64,000 bases of DNA from Auanema rhodensis (Eukaryota; Animalia; Nematoda). The position numbers and the translations under genes were made by a program. The stretch spans positions 2,480,001-2,544,000 of the forward strand of contig OZ059900.1 in NCBI GenBank assembly GCA_964057225.1, written 5' to 3'. Under the pieces are notes generated by a model. That model ran no database searches. It saw only the letters and a list, made by a program, of their open reading frames with translations, and was not told the origin of the DNA. Positions 40,900 through 55,691 of the stretch are shown piece after piece. Positions within the stretch are counted from its first letter, which is position 1. Each line of letters begins with the position of its first letter.

Positions 40900-43800
40900 A
40901 TCTGTAATACTCGTAAATTTTGATCATATTCGTTAAGATTCGAGAATCAAACATACAATACACAAAATCAGTCTATTTTTATGAGCTTGCACTGATATAT
41001 ATTCATTTTGATCAAAAAAGGTCGAAAATAGAAAGAATTTTTGAAATTTCCGAGTTTTGAGTCTAATTTGGCTAAATCGCTCATATATATGATCAAAAGC
41101 ATAGTTTTATTGTCTATGACAACAAAAGTCATCAATTAAACGCTAGTGATGTTTAAATACTGAATTTCGCTCAAATAGCATTACTACACTAAGTATGGTC
41201 GTTTTTATGCCTTTAACACCATATACTCACCGATTTTTGGTACAAAATCTGTAATACTCGTAAATTTTGATCATATTCGGTGAGATTCGAGAATCAAACA
41301 CACAATACACGAAATAAGTTTATTTTGACGAGTTTGCACTGGTATTTATTCATTTTGATCAAAAAAGGTCGAAAATAGAAAGAATTTTTGAATTTTCCGA
41401 GTTTTGAGTCCAATTGGGCTAAATCGCTCATATATATGATCAAAAGCATAGTTTTACTGTCTATGATAACAAAAGTCTTCAAATATACACTAATAATGAT
41501 TGAATCACTGAATTTCACTCAAATAGCATTACTACACTAAGTATGGTCGTTTTTATGCCTTTAACACCATATACTCACCGATTTTTGGTACAAAATCTGT
41601 GATACTCGTAAATTTTGATCATATTCGGTGAGATTCGAGAATCGAACACACAATACACAAAATAAGTCTATTTTTACGAGTTTGCACTGATATTTATTCA
41701 TTTTGATCAAAAAAGGTCGAAAATAGAAAGAATTTTTGAAATTTCCGAGTTTTGAGTCTAATTTGGCTAAATCGCTCATATATATAATCAAAAGCATAGT
41801 TTTACTGTCTATGATAACAAAAGTCTTCAAATATACACTAATAATGTGTAAATCACTGAATTTCACTCAAATAGCTTTACTACACTAAGTATGGTCGTTT
41901 TTATGCCTTTAACACCATATACTCACCGATTTTTGGTACAAAATCTGTAATACTCGTAAATTTTGATCATATCCGTTAAGATTCGAGAATCAAACACACA
42001 ATACACGAAATAAGTTTATTTTTACGAGTTTGCACTGATATTTATTCATTTTGATCAAAAAAGGTCGAAAATAGAAAGAATTTTTGAATTTTCCGAGTTT
42101 TGAGTCCAATTGGGCTAAATCGCTCATATATATGATCAAAAGCATAGTTTCACTGTCTATGATAACAAAAATCTTCAAATATACACTAGTAATGATTAAA
42201 TCACTGAATTTCACTCAAATAGCATTACTACACTAAGTATGGTCGTTTTTATGTCTTTAACACCATATACTCACCGATTTTTGGTACAAAATCTGTAATA
42301 CTTGTAAATTTTGATCATATTCGTTAAGATTTGAGAATCAAACATACAATACACAAAATCAGTCTATTTTTATGAGCTTGCACTGATATATATTCATTTT
42401 GATCAAAAAAGGTCGAAAATAGAAAGAATTTTTGAATTTTCCGAGTTTTGAGTCCAATTGGGCTAAATCGCTCATATATATGATCAAAAGCATAGTTTTA
42501 CTGTCTATGATAACAAAAGTCTTCAAATATACACTAATAATGATTGAATCACTGAATTTCACTCAAATAGCATTACTACACTAAGTATGGTCGTTTTTAT
42601 GCCTTTAACACCATATACTCACCGATTTTTGGTACAAAATCTGTAATACTCGTAAATTTTGATCATATTCGTTAAGATTTGAGAATCAAACATACAATAC
42701 ACAAAATCAGTCTATTTTTATGAGCTTGCACTGATATATATTCATTTTGATCAAAAAAGGTCGAAAATAGAAAGAATTTTTGAAATTTCCGAGTTTTGAG
42801 TCTAATTTGGCTAAATCGCTCATATATATGATCAAAAGCATAGTTTTATTGTCTATGACAACAAAAGTCATCAATTAAACGCTAGTGATGTTTAAATACT
42901 GAATTTCGCTCAAATAGCATTACTACACTAAGTATGGTCGTTTTTATGCCTTTAACACCATATACTCACCGATTTTTGGTACAAAATCTGTAATACTCGT
43001 AAATTTTGATCATATTCGGTGAGATTCGAGAATCAAACACACAATACACGAAATAAGTTTATTTTGACGAGTTTGCACTGGTATTTATTCATTTTGATCA
43101 AAAAAGGTCGAAAATAGAAAGAATTTTTGAATTTTCCGAGTTTTGAGTCCAATTGGGCTAAATCGCTCATATATATGATCAAAAGCATAGTTTTACTGTC
43201 TATGATAACAAAAGTCTTCAAATATACACTAATAATGATTGAATCACTGAATTTCACTCAAATAGCATTATTACACTAAGTATGGTCGTTTTTATGCCTT
43301 TAACACCATATACTCACCGATTTTTGGTACAAAATCTGTGATACTCGTAAATTTTGATCATATTCGGTGAGATTCGAGAATCGAACACACAATACACAAA
43401 ATAAGTCTATTTTTACGAGTTTGCACTGATATTTATTCATTTTGATCAAAAAAGGTCGAAAATAGAAAGAATTTTTGAAATTTCCGAGTTTTGAGTCTAA
43501 TTTGGCTAAATCGCTCATATATATGATCAAAAGCATAGTTTTACTGTCTATGATAACAAAAGTCTTCAAATATACACTTATAATGTGTAAATCACTGAAT
43601 TTCACTCAAATAGCTTTACTACACTAAGTATGGTCGTTTTTATGCCTTTAACACCATATACTCACCGATTTTTGGTACAAAATCTGTAATACTTGTAAAT
43701 TTTGATCATATTTGTTAAGATTCGAGAATCAAACACATAATACACAAAATAAGTCTATTTTTACAAGTTTGCACTGATATTTATTCATTTTGATCAAAAA

Positions 43801-43980
43801 AGGTCGAAAATAGAAAGAATTTTTGAATTTTCCGAGTTTTGAGTCCAATTGGGCTAAATCGCTCATATATATGATCAAAAGCATAGTTTCACTGTCTATG
43901 ATAACAAAAGTCTTCAAATATACACTAGTAATGATTAAATCACTGAATTTCACTCAAATAGCTTTACTACACTAAGTATG
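40900..43980 (+). repeat. Local 5-monomer repeat (offset 1739 bp), imperfect, approximate ends
   Basis: ORF pairs 41294/43033, 41561/43300 and 41990/43729. Confidence 0.75.
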
Positions 43981-44828
43981 GTCGTTTTTATGCCTTTAAC
44001 ACCATATACTCACCGATTTTTGGTACAAAATCTGTAATACTCGTAAATTTTGATCATATCCGTTAAGATTCGAGAATCAAACACACAATACACGAAATAA
44101 GTTTATTTTTACGAGTTTGCACTGATATTTATTCATTTTGATCAAAAAAGGTCGAAAATAGAAAGAATTTTTGAAATTTCCGAGTTTTGAGTCTAATTTG
44201 GCTAAATCGCTCATATATATGATCAAAAGCATAGTTCTATTGTCTATAACAACAAAAGTCTTTGATTAAACGCTAGTGATGTTTTAATACTGAATTTTGC
44301 TCAAATAGCATTACTACACTAAGTATGGTCGTTTTTATGCCTTTAACACCATATACTCACCGATTTTTGGTACAAAATCTGTAATACTTGTAAATTTTGA
44401 TCATATTCGTTAAGATTCGAAAATCAAACACACAATACACGAAATAAGTTTATTTTTACAAGTTTGCACTGATATTTATTCATTTTGATCGAAAAAGGTC
44501 GAAAATAGAAAGAATTTTTGAAATTTCCGAGTTTTGAGTCTAATTTGGCTAAATCGCTCATATATATGATCAGAAGCATAGGTGTATTGTCTATGACAAC
44601 AAAAGTCATTAATTAAACACTAATGATGTTTAAATCACTAAATTTCGCTCTAATAGCATTACTACACTAAGTATGGTCGTTTTTATACCTTCAACACCAT
44701 ATACTCACCGATTTTTGGTACAAAATCTGTGATACTCGTAAATTTTGATCATATTCGTTAAGATTTGAGAATCAAACACACAATACACAATATCAGTCTA
44801 TTTTTATGAGCTTGCACTGATATATATT

Positions 44829-45608
44829 CATTTTGATCAAAAAAGGTCGAAAATAGAAAGAATTTTTGAATTTTCCGAGTTTTGAGTCCAATTGGGCTAA
44901 ATCGCTCATATATATGATCAAAAGCATAGTTTTACTGTCTATGATAACAAAAGTCTTCAAATATACACTAATAATGATTGAATCACTGAATTTCACTCAA
45001 ATAGCATTACTACACTAAGTATGGTCGTTTTTATGCCTTTAACACCATATACTCACCGATTTTTGGTACAAAATCTGTAATACTCGTAAATTTTGATCAT
45101 ATTCGTTAAGATTTGAGAATCAAACATACAATACACAAAATCAGTCTATTTTTATGAGCTTGCACTGATATATATTCATTTTGATCAAAAAAGGTCGAAA
45201 ATAGAAAGAATTTTTGAATTTTCCGAGTTTTGAGTCTAATTTGGCTAAATCGCTCATATATATGATCAAAAGCATAGTTTCACTGTCTATGATAACAAAA
45301 GTCTTCAAATATACACTAGTAATGATTAAATCACTGAATTTCACTCAAATAGCTTTACTACACTAAGTATGGTCGTTTTTATGCCTTTAACACCATATAC
45401 TCACCGATTTTTGGTACAAAATCTGTGATACTCGTAAATTTTGATCATATTCGGTGAGATTCGAGAATCGAACACACAATACACAAAATAAGTCTATTTT
45501 TACGAGTTTGCACTGATATTTATTCATTTTGATCAAAAAAGGTCGAAAATAGAAAGAATTTTTGAAATTTCCGAGTTTTGAGTCTAATTTGGCTAAATCG
45601 CTCATATA
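44829..45608 (+). repeat. Distant copy of window positions 1-780 (offset 44,828 bp = 129 monomers)
   Basis: The translation of ORF 313..516 recurs only at 45141..45344. Flanks match until 781(C)/45609(T). Confidence 0.8.
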
Positions 45609-48600
45609 TATGATCAAAAGCATAGTTTTACTGTCTATGATAACAAAAGTCTTCAAATATACACTAATAATGTGTAAATCACTGAATTTCACTCAAATAG
45701 CTTCACAACACTAAGTATGGTCGTTTTTATGCCTTTAACACCATATACTCACCGATTTTTGGTACAAAATCTGTAATACTCGTAAATTTTGATCATATTC
45801 GTTAAGATTCGAGAATCAAACACACAATACACGAAATAAGTTTATTTTTACGAGTTTGCACTGATATTTATTCATTTTGATCAAAAAAGGTCGAAAATAG
45901 AAAGAATTTTTGAATTTTCCGAGTTTTGAGTCCAATTGGGCTAAATCGCTCATATATATGATCAAAAGCATAGTTTCACTGTCTATGATAACAAAAGTCT
46001 TCAAATATATACTAGTAATGATTAAATCACTGAATTTCACTCAAATAGCATTACTACACTAAGTATGGTCGTTTTTATGCCTTTAACACCATATACTCAC
46101 CGATTTTTGGTACAAAATCTGTAATACTTGTAAATTTTGATCATATTCGTTAAGATTTGAGAATCAAACACATAATACACGAAATAAGTCTTTTTTTACA
46201 AGTTTGCACTGATATTTATTCATTTTGATCAAAAAAGGTCGAAAATAGAAAGAATTTTTGAAATTTCCGAGTTTTGAGTCTAATTTGGCTAAATCGCTCA
46301 TATATATGATCAAAAGCATAGTTCTATTGTCTATAACAACAAAAGTCTTTGATTAAACGCTAGTGATGTTTTAATACTGAATTTTGCTCAAATAGCATTA
46401 CTACACTAAGTATGGTCGTTTTTATGCCTTTAACACCATATACTCACCGATTTTTGGTACAAAATCTGTAATACTTGTAAATTTTGATCATATTCGTTAA
46501 AATTCGAAAATCAAACACACAATACACAAAATAAGTTTATTTTTACAAGTTTGCAGTGATATTTATTCATTTTGATCAAAAAAGGTCGAAAATAGAAAGA
46601 ATTTTTGAAATTTCCGAGTTTTGAGTCTAATTTGGCTAAATCGCTCATATATATGATCAGAAGCATAGGTGTATTGTCTATGACAACAAAAGTCATTAAT
46701 TAAACACTAATGATGTTTAAATCACTAAATTTCGCTCTAATAGCATTACTACACTAAGTATGGTCGTTTTTATACCTTCAACACCATATACTCACCGATT
46801 TTTGGTACAAAATCTGTGATACTCGTAAATTTTGATCATATTCGTTAAGATTTGAGAATCAAACACACAATACACAATATCAGTCTATTTTTATGAGCTT
46901 GCACTGATATATATTCATTTTGATCAAAAAAGGTCGAAAACAGAAAGAATTTTTGAAATTTCCGAGTTTTGAGTCTAATTTGGCTAAATCGCTCATTTAT
47001 ATGATCAAAAGCATAGTTTTATTGTCTATGACAACAAAAGTCATCAATTAAACGCAAGTGATGTTTAAATACTGAATTTCGCTCAAATAGCATTACTACA
47101 CTAAGTATGGTCGTTTTTATGCCTTTAACACCATATACTCACCGATTTTTGGTACAAAATCTGTAATACTTGTAAATTTTGATCATATTCGTTAAGATTT
47201 GAGAATCAAACACATAATACACGAAATAAGTCTTTTTTTACAAGTTTGCACTGATATTTATTCATTTTGATCAAAAAAGGTCGAAAATAGAAAGAATTTT
47301 TGAAATTTCCGAGTTTTGAGTCCAATTTGGCTAAATCGCTCATATATATGATCAGAAGCATAGTTCTATTGTCTATAACAACAAAAGTCTTTAATTAAAC
47401 GCCAGTGATGTTTAAATACTGATTTTCGCTCAAATAGCATTACTACACTAAGTATGGTCGTTTTTATGCCTTTAACACCATATACTCACCGATTTTTGGT
47501 ACAAAATCTGTAATACTTGTAAATTTTGATCATATTCGTTAAGATTCGAGAATCAAACACATAATACACGAAATAAGTCTAGTTTTATGAGTTTGCACTG
47601 ATATTTATTCATTTTGATCAAAAAAGGTCGAAAATAGAAAGAATTTTTGAATTTTCCGAGTTTTGAGTCCAATTGGGCTAAATCGCTCATATATATGATC
47701 AAAAGCATAGTTTTACTGTCTATGATAACAAAAGTCTTCAAATATACACTAGTAATGATTAAATCACTGAATTTCACTCAAATAGCTTTACTACACTAAG
47801 TATGGTCGTTTTTATGCCTTTAACACCATATACTCACCGATTTTTGGTACAAAATCTGTGATACTCGTAAATTTTGATCATATTCGGTGAGATTCGAGAA
47901 TCGAACACACAATACACAAAATAAGTCTATTTTTACGAGTTTGCACTGATATTTTTTCATTTTGATCAAAAAAGGTCGAAAATAGAAAGAATTTTTGAAA
48001 TTTCCGAGTTTTGAGTCTAATTTGGCTAAATCGCTCATATATATGATCAAAAGCATAGTTCTATTGTCTATAACAACAAAAGTCTTTGATTAAACGCTAG
48101 TGATGTTTTAGTACTGAATTTTGCTCAAATAGCATTACTACACTAAGTATGGTCGTTTTTATGCCTTTAACACCATATACTCACCGATTTTTGGTACAAA
48201 ATCTGTAATACTCGTAAATTTTGATCATATTCGTTAAGATTCGAGAATCAAACACACAATACACGAAATAAGTTTATTTTTACGAGTTTGCACTGATATT
48301 TATTCATTTTGATCAAAAAAGGTCGAAAATAGAAAGAATTTTTGAATTTTCCGAGTTTTGAGTCCAATTGGGCTAAATCGCTCATATATATGATCAAAAG
48401 CATAGTTTCACTGTCTATGATAACAAAAGTCTTCAAATATACACTAGTAATGATTAAATCACTGAATTTCACTCAAATAGCTTTACTACACTAAGTATGG
48501 TCGTTTTTATGCCTTTAACACCATATACTCACCGATTTTTGGTACAAAATCTGTAATACTCGTAAATTTTGATCATATCCGTTAAGATTCGAGAATCAAA

Positions 48601-50599
48601 CACACAATACACGAAATAAGTTTATTTTTACGAGTTTGCACTGATATTTATTCATTTTGATCAAAAAAGGTCGAAAATAGAAAGAATTTTTGAATTTTCC
48701 GAGTTTTGAGTCCAATTGGGCTAAATCGCTCATATATATGATCAAAAGCATAGTTCTATTGTCTATAACAACAAAAGTCTTTGATTAAACGCTAGTGATG
48801 TTATAGTACTGAATTTTGCTCAAATAGCATTACTACACTAAGTATGGTCGTTTTTATGCCTTTAACACCATATACTCACCGATTTTTGGTACAAAATCTG
48901 TAATACTCGTAAATTTTGATCATATTCGTTAAGATTTGAGAATCAAACATACAATACACGAAATAAGTCTATTTTTACAAGTTTGCACTGATATTTATTC
49001 ATTTTGATCAAAAAAGGTCGAAAATAGAAAGAATTTTTGAAATTTCCGAGTTTTGAGTCTAATTTGGCTAAATCGCTCATATATATGATCAGAAGCATAG
49101 GTGTATTGTCTATGACAACAAAAGTCATTAATTAAACACTAATGATGTTTAAATCACTAAATTTCGCTCTAATAGCATTACTACACTAAGTATGGTCGTT
49201 TTTATACCTTCAACACCATATACTCACCGATTTTTGGTACAAAATCTGTGATACTCGTAAATTTTGATCATATTCGTTAAGATTTGAGAATCAAACACAC
49301 AATACACAATATCAGTCTATTTTTATGAGCTTGCACTGATATATATTCATTTTGATCAAAAAAGGTCGAAAACAGAAAGAATTTTTGAAATTTCCGAGTT
49401 TTGAATCTAATTTGGCTAAATCGCTCATTTATATGATCAAAAGCATAGTTTTATTGTCTATGACAACAAAAGTCATCAATTAAACGCTAGTGATGTTTAA
49501 ATACTGAATTTCGCTCAAATAGCATTACTACACTAAGTATGGTCGTTTTTATGCCTTTAACACCATATACTCACCGATTTTTGGTACAAAATCTGTAATA
49601 CTTGTAAATTTTGATCATATTCGTTAAGATTTGAGAATCAAACACATAATACACGAAATAAGTCTTTTTTTACAAGTTTGCACTGATATTTATTCATTTT
49701 GATCAAAAAAGGTCGAAAATAGAAAGAATTTTTGAAATTTCCGAGTTTTGAGTCCAATTTGGCTAAATCGCTCATATATATGATCAGAAGCATAGTTCTA
49801 TTGTCTATAACAACAAAAGTCTTTAATTAAACGCTAGTGATGTTTAAATACTGATTTTCGCTCAAATAGCATTACTACACTAAGTATGGTCGTTTTTATG
49901 CCTTTAACACCATATACTCACCGATTTTTGGTACAAAATCTGTAATACTTGTAAATTTTGATCATATTCGTTAAGATTCGAGAATCAAACACATAATACA
50001 CGAAATAAGTCTAGTTTTATGAGTTTGCACTGATATTTATTCATTTTGATCAAAAAAGGTCGAAAATAGAAAGAATTTTTGAATTTTCCGAGTTTTGAGT
50101 CCAATTGGGCTAAATCGCTCATATATATGATCAAAAGCATAGTTTTACTGTCTATGATAACAAAAGTCTTCAAATATACACTAATAATGTGTAAATCACT
50201 GAATTTCACTCAAATAGCATTACTACACTAAGTATGGTCGTTTTTATGCCTTTAACACCATATACTCACCGATTTTTGGTACAAAATCTGTAATACTTGT
50301 AAATTTTGATCATATTCGTTAAGATTCGAGAATCAAACACATAATACACGAAATAAGTCTATTTTTATGAGTTTGCACTGATATTTATTCATTTTGATCA
50401 AAAAAGGTCGAAAATAGAAAGAATTTTTGAAATTTCCGAGTTTTGAGTCTAATTTGGCTAAATCGCTCATATATACGATCAGAAGCATAGTTTTATTGTC
50501 TATGACAACAAAAATCATCAATTAAACGCTAGTGATGTTTAAATACTGATTTTCGCTCAAATAGCATTACTACACTAAGTATGGTCGTTTTTATGCCTT

Positions 50600-53500
50600 T
50601 AACACCATATCCTCACCGATTTTTGGTACAAAATCTGTAATACTCGTAAATTTTGATCATATTCGTTAAGATTTAAGAATCAAACATACAATACACAAAA
50701 TCAGTCTATTTTTATGAGCTTGCACTGATATATATTCATTTTGATCAAAAAAGGTCGAAAATAGAAAGAATTTTTGAAATTTCCGAGTTTTGAGTCTAAT
50801 TTGGCTAAATCGCTCATATATATGATCAGAAGCATAGGTGTATTGTCTATGACAACAAAAGTCATCAATTAAACGCTAGTGATGTTTTAATACTGAATTT
50901 CGCTCAAATAGCATTACTACACTAAGTATGGTCGTTTTTATGCCTTTAACACCATATACTCACCGATTTTTGGTACAAAATCTGTAATACTCGTAAATTT
51001 TGATCATATTCGTTAAGATTTGAGAATCAAACATACAATACACAAAATCAGTCTATTTTTATGAGCTTGCACTGATATATATTCATTTTGATCAAAAAAG
51101 GTCGAAAATAGAAAGAATTTTTGAAATTTCCGAGTTTTGAGTCTAATTTGGCTAAATCGCTCATATATATGATCAAAAACATAGTTTTACTGTCTATGAT
51201 AACAAAAGTCTTCAAATATACACTAATAATGATTAAATCACTGAATTTCAGTCATATAGCATTACTACACTAAGTATGGTCGTTTTTATGCCTTTAACAC
51301 CATATACTCACCGATTTTTGGTACAAAATCTGTAATACTCGTAAATTTTGATCATATTCGTTAAGATTTGAGAATCAAACACACAATACACAAAATCAGT
51401 CTATTTTTATGAGCTTGCACTGATATATATTCATTTTGATCAAAAAAGGTCGAAAATAGAAAGAATTTTTGAAATTTCCGAGTTTTGAGTCTAATTTGGC
51501 TAAATCGCTCATATATATGATCAGAAGCATAGGTGTATTGTCTATGATAACAAAAGTCTTCAAATATACACTAATAATGATTAAATCACTGAATTTCAGT
51601 CAAATAGCATTACTACACTAAGTATGGTCGTTTTTATGCCTTTAACACCATATACTCACCGATTTTTGGTACAAAATCTGTAATACTTGTAAATTTTGAT
51701 CATATTCGTTAAGATTCGAGAATCAAACACATAATACACGAAATAAGTCTAGTTTTATGAGTTTGCACTGATATTTATTCATTTTGATCAAAAAAGGTCG
51801 AAAATAGAAAGAATTTTTGAATTTTCCGAGTTTTGAGTCCAATTGGGCTAAATCGCTCATATATATGATCAAAAGCATAGTTTTACTGTCTATGATAACA
51901 AAAGTCTTCAAATATACACTAATAATGTGTAAATCACTGAATTTCACTCAAATAGCATTACTACACTAAGTATGGTCGTTTTTATGCCTTTAACACCATA
52001 TACTCACCGATTTTTGGTACAAAATCTGTAATACTTGTAAATTTTGATCATATTCGTTAAGATTTGAGAATCAAACACACAATACACAAAATCAGTCTAT
52101 TTTTATGAGTTTGCACTGATATTTATTCATTTTGATCAAAAAAGGTCGAAAATAGAAAGAATTTTTGAAATTTCCGAGTTTTGAGTCTAATTTGGCTAAA
52201 TCGCTCATATATATGATCAGAAGCATAGTTTTATTGTCTATGACAACAAAAATCATCAATTAAACGCTAGTGATGTTTAAATACTGATTTTCGCTCAAAT
52301 AGCATTACTACACTAAGTATGGTCGTTTTTATGCCTTTAACACCATATACTCACCGATTTTTGGTACAAAATCTGTAATACTCGTAAATTTTGATCATAT
52401 TCGTTAAGATTTGAGAATCAAACATACAATACACAAAATCAGTCTATTTTTATGAGCTTGCACTGATATATATTCATTTTGATCAAAAAAGGTCGAAAAT
52501 AGAAAGAATTTTTGAAATTTCCGAGTTTTGAGTCTAATTTGGCTAAATCGCTCATATATATGATCAGAAGCATAGGTGTATTGTCTATGACAACAAAAGT
52601 CATTAATTAAACACTAATGATGTTTAAATCACTAAATTTCGCTCTAATAGCATTACTACACTAAGTATGGTCGTTTTTATGCCTTTAACACCATATACTC
52701 ACCGATTTTTGGTACAAATTCTGTAATACTCGTAAATTTTGATCATATTCGTTAAGATTTGAGAATCAAACACACAATACACAAAATCAGTCTATTTTTA
52801 TGAGCTTGCACTGATATATATTCATTTTGATCAAAAAAGGTCGAAAATAGAAAGAATTTTTGAAATTTCCGAGTTTTGAGTCTAATTTGGCTAAATCGCT
52901 CATATATATGATCAGAAGCATAGGTGTATTGTCTATGACAACAAAAGTCATCAATTAAACGCTAGTGATGTTTTAATACTGAATTTCGCTCAAATAGCAT
53001 TACTACACTAAGTATGGTCGTTTTTATGCCTTTAACACCATATACTCACCGATTTTTGGTACAAAATCTGTAATACTCGTAAATTTTGATCATATTCGTT
53101 AAGATTTGAGAATCAAACATACAATACACAAAATCAGTCTTTTTTTATGAGCTTGCACTGATATATATTCATTTTGATCAAAAAAGGTCGAAAATAGAAA
53201 GAATTTTTGAAATTTCCGAGTTTTGAGTCTAATTTGGCTAAATCGCTCATATATATGATCAAAAACATAGTTTTACTGTCTATGATAACAAAAGTCTTCA
53301 AATATACACTAATAATGATTAAATCACTGAATTTCAGTCATATAGCATTACTACACTAAGTATGGTCGTTTTTATGCCTTTAACACCATATACTCACCGA
53401 TTTTTGGTACAAAATCTGTAATACTCGTAAATTTTGATCATATTCGTTAAGATTTGAGAATCAAACACACAATACACAAAATCAGTCTATTTTTATGAGC

Positions 53501-54300
53501 TTGCACTGATATATATTCATTTTGATCAAAAAAGGTCGAAAATAGAAAGAATTTTTGAAATTTCCGAGTTTTGAGTCTAATTTGGCTAAATCGCTCATAT
53601 ATATGATCAGAAGCATAGGTGTATTGTCTATGATAACAAAAGTCTTCAAATATACACTAATAATGATTAAATCACTGAATTTCAGTCAAATAGCATTACT
53701 ACACTAAGTATGGTCGTTTTTATGCGTTTAACACCATATACTCACCGATTTTTGGTACAAAATCTGTAATACTTGTAAATTTTGATCATATTCGTTAAGA
53801 TTCGAAAATCAAACACATAATACACGAAATAAGTCTAGTTTTATGAGTTTGCACTGATATTTATTCATTTTGATCAAAAAAGGTCGAAAATAGAAAGAAT
53901 TTTTGAATTTTCCGAGTTTTGAGTCCAATTGGGCTAAATCGCTCATATATATGATCAAAAGCATAGTTTTAAAGTCTATGATAACAAAAGTCTTCAAATA
54001 TACACTAATAATGTGTAAATCACTGAATTTCACTCAAATAGCATTACTACACTAAGTATGGTCGTTTTTATGCCTTTAACACCATATACTCACCGATTTT
54101 TGGTACAAAATCTGTAATACTTGTAAATTTTGATCATATTCGTTAAGATTTGAGAATCAAACACACAATACACAAAATCAGTCTATTTTTATGAGTTTGC
54201 ACTGATATTTATTCATTTTGATCAAAAAAGGTCGAAAATAGAAAGAATTTTTGAAATTTCCGAGTTTTGAGTCTAATTTGGCTAAATCGCTCATATATAT
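50600..54300 (+). repeat. Local 6-monomer repeat (offset 2086 bp), about 1.8 copies, approximate ends
   Basis: GATCAAAAACATAG at 51179/53265, CAGTCATATAGC in the same monomers, and ORF pair 51723/53809. Confidence 0.82.
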
Positions 54301-55691
54301 GATCAAAAGCATAGTTTCACTGTCTATGATAACAAAAGTCTTCAAATATACACTAGTAATGATTAAATCACTGAATTTCACTCAAATAGCTTTACTACAC
54401 TAAGTATGGTCGTTTTTATGCCTTTAACACCATATACTCACCGATTTTTGGTACAAAATCTGTAATACTCGTAAATTTTGATCATATCCGTTAAGATTCG
54501 AGAATCAAACACACAATACACGAAATAAGTTTATTTTTACGAGTTTGCACTGATATTTATTCATTTTGATCAAAAAAGGTCGAAAATAGAAAGAATTTTT
54601 GAATTTTCCGAGTTTTGAGTCCAATTGGGCTAAATCGCTCATATATATGATCAAAAGCATAGTTTCACTGTCTATGATAACAAAAGTCTTCAAATATACA
54701 CTAGTAATGATTAAATCACTGAATTTCACTCAAATAGCATTACTACACTAAGTATGGTCGTTTTTATGCCTTTAACACCATATACTCACCGATTTTTGGT
54801 ACAAAATCTGTAATACTTGTAAATTTTGATCATATTCGTTAAGATTTGAGAATCAAACACATAATACACGAAATAAGTCTTTTTTTACAAGTTTGCACTG
54901 ATATTTATTCATTTTGATCAAAAAAGGTCGAAAATAGAAAGAATTTTTGAAATTTCCGAGTTTTGAGTCTAATTTGGCTAAATCGCTCATATATATGATC
55001 AAAAGCATAGTTCTATTGTCTATAACAACAAAAGTCTTTGATTAAACGCTAGTGATGTTTTAGTACTGAATTTTGCTCAAATAGCATTACTACACTAAGT
55101 ATGGTCGTTTTTATGCCTTTAACACCATATACTCACCGATTTTTGGTACAAAATCTGTAATACTCGTAAATTTTGATCATATTCGTTAAGATTTGAGAAT
55201 CAAACACATAATACACGAAATAAGTCTTTTTTTACGAGTTTGCACTGATATTTATTCATTTTGATCAAAAAAGGTCGAAAATAGAAAGAATTTTTGAAAT
55301 TTCCGAGTTTTGAGTCTAATTTGGCTAAATCGCTCATATATATGATCAAAAGCATAGTTACACTGTCTATGATAACAAAAGTCTTCAAATATACACTAGT
55401 AATGATTAAATCACTGAATTTCACTCAAATAGCATTACTACACTAAGTATGGTCGTTTTTATGCCTTTAACACCATATACTCACCGATTTTTGGTACAAA
55501 ATCTGTAATACTTGTAAATTTTGATCATATTCGTTAAGATTTGAGAATCAAACACATAATACACGAAATAAGTCTTTTTTTACGAGTTTGCACTGATATT
55601 TATTCATTTTGATCAAAAAAGGTCGAAAATAGAAAGAATTTTTGAAATTTCCGAGTTTTGAGTCTAATTTGGCTAAATCGCTCATATATAT

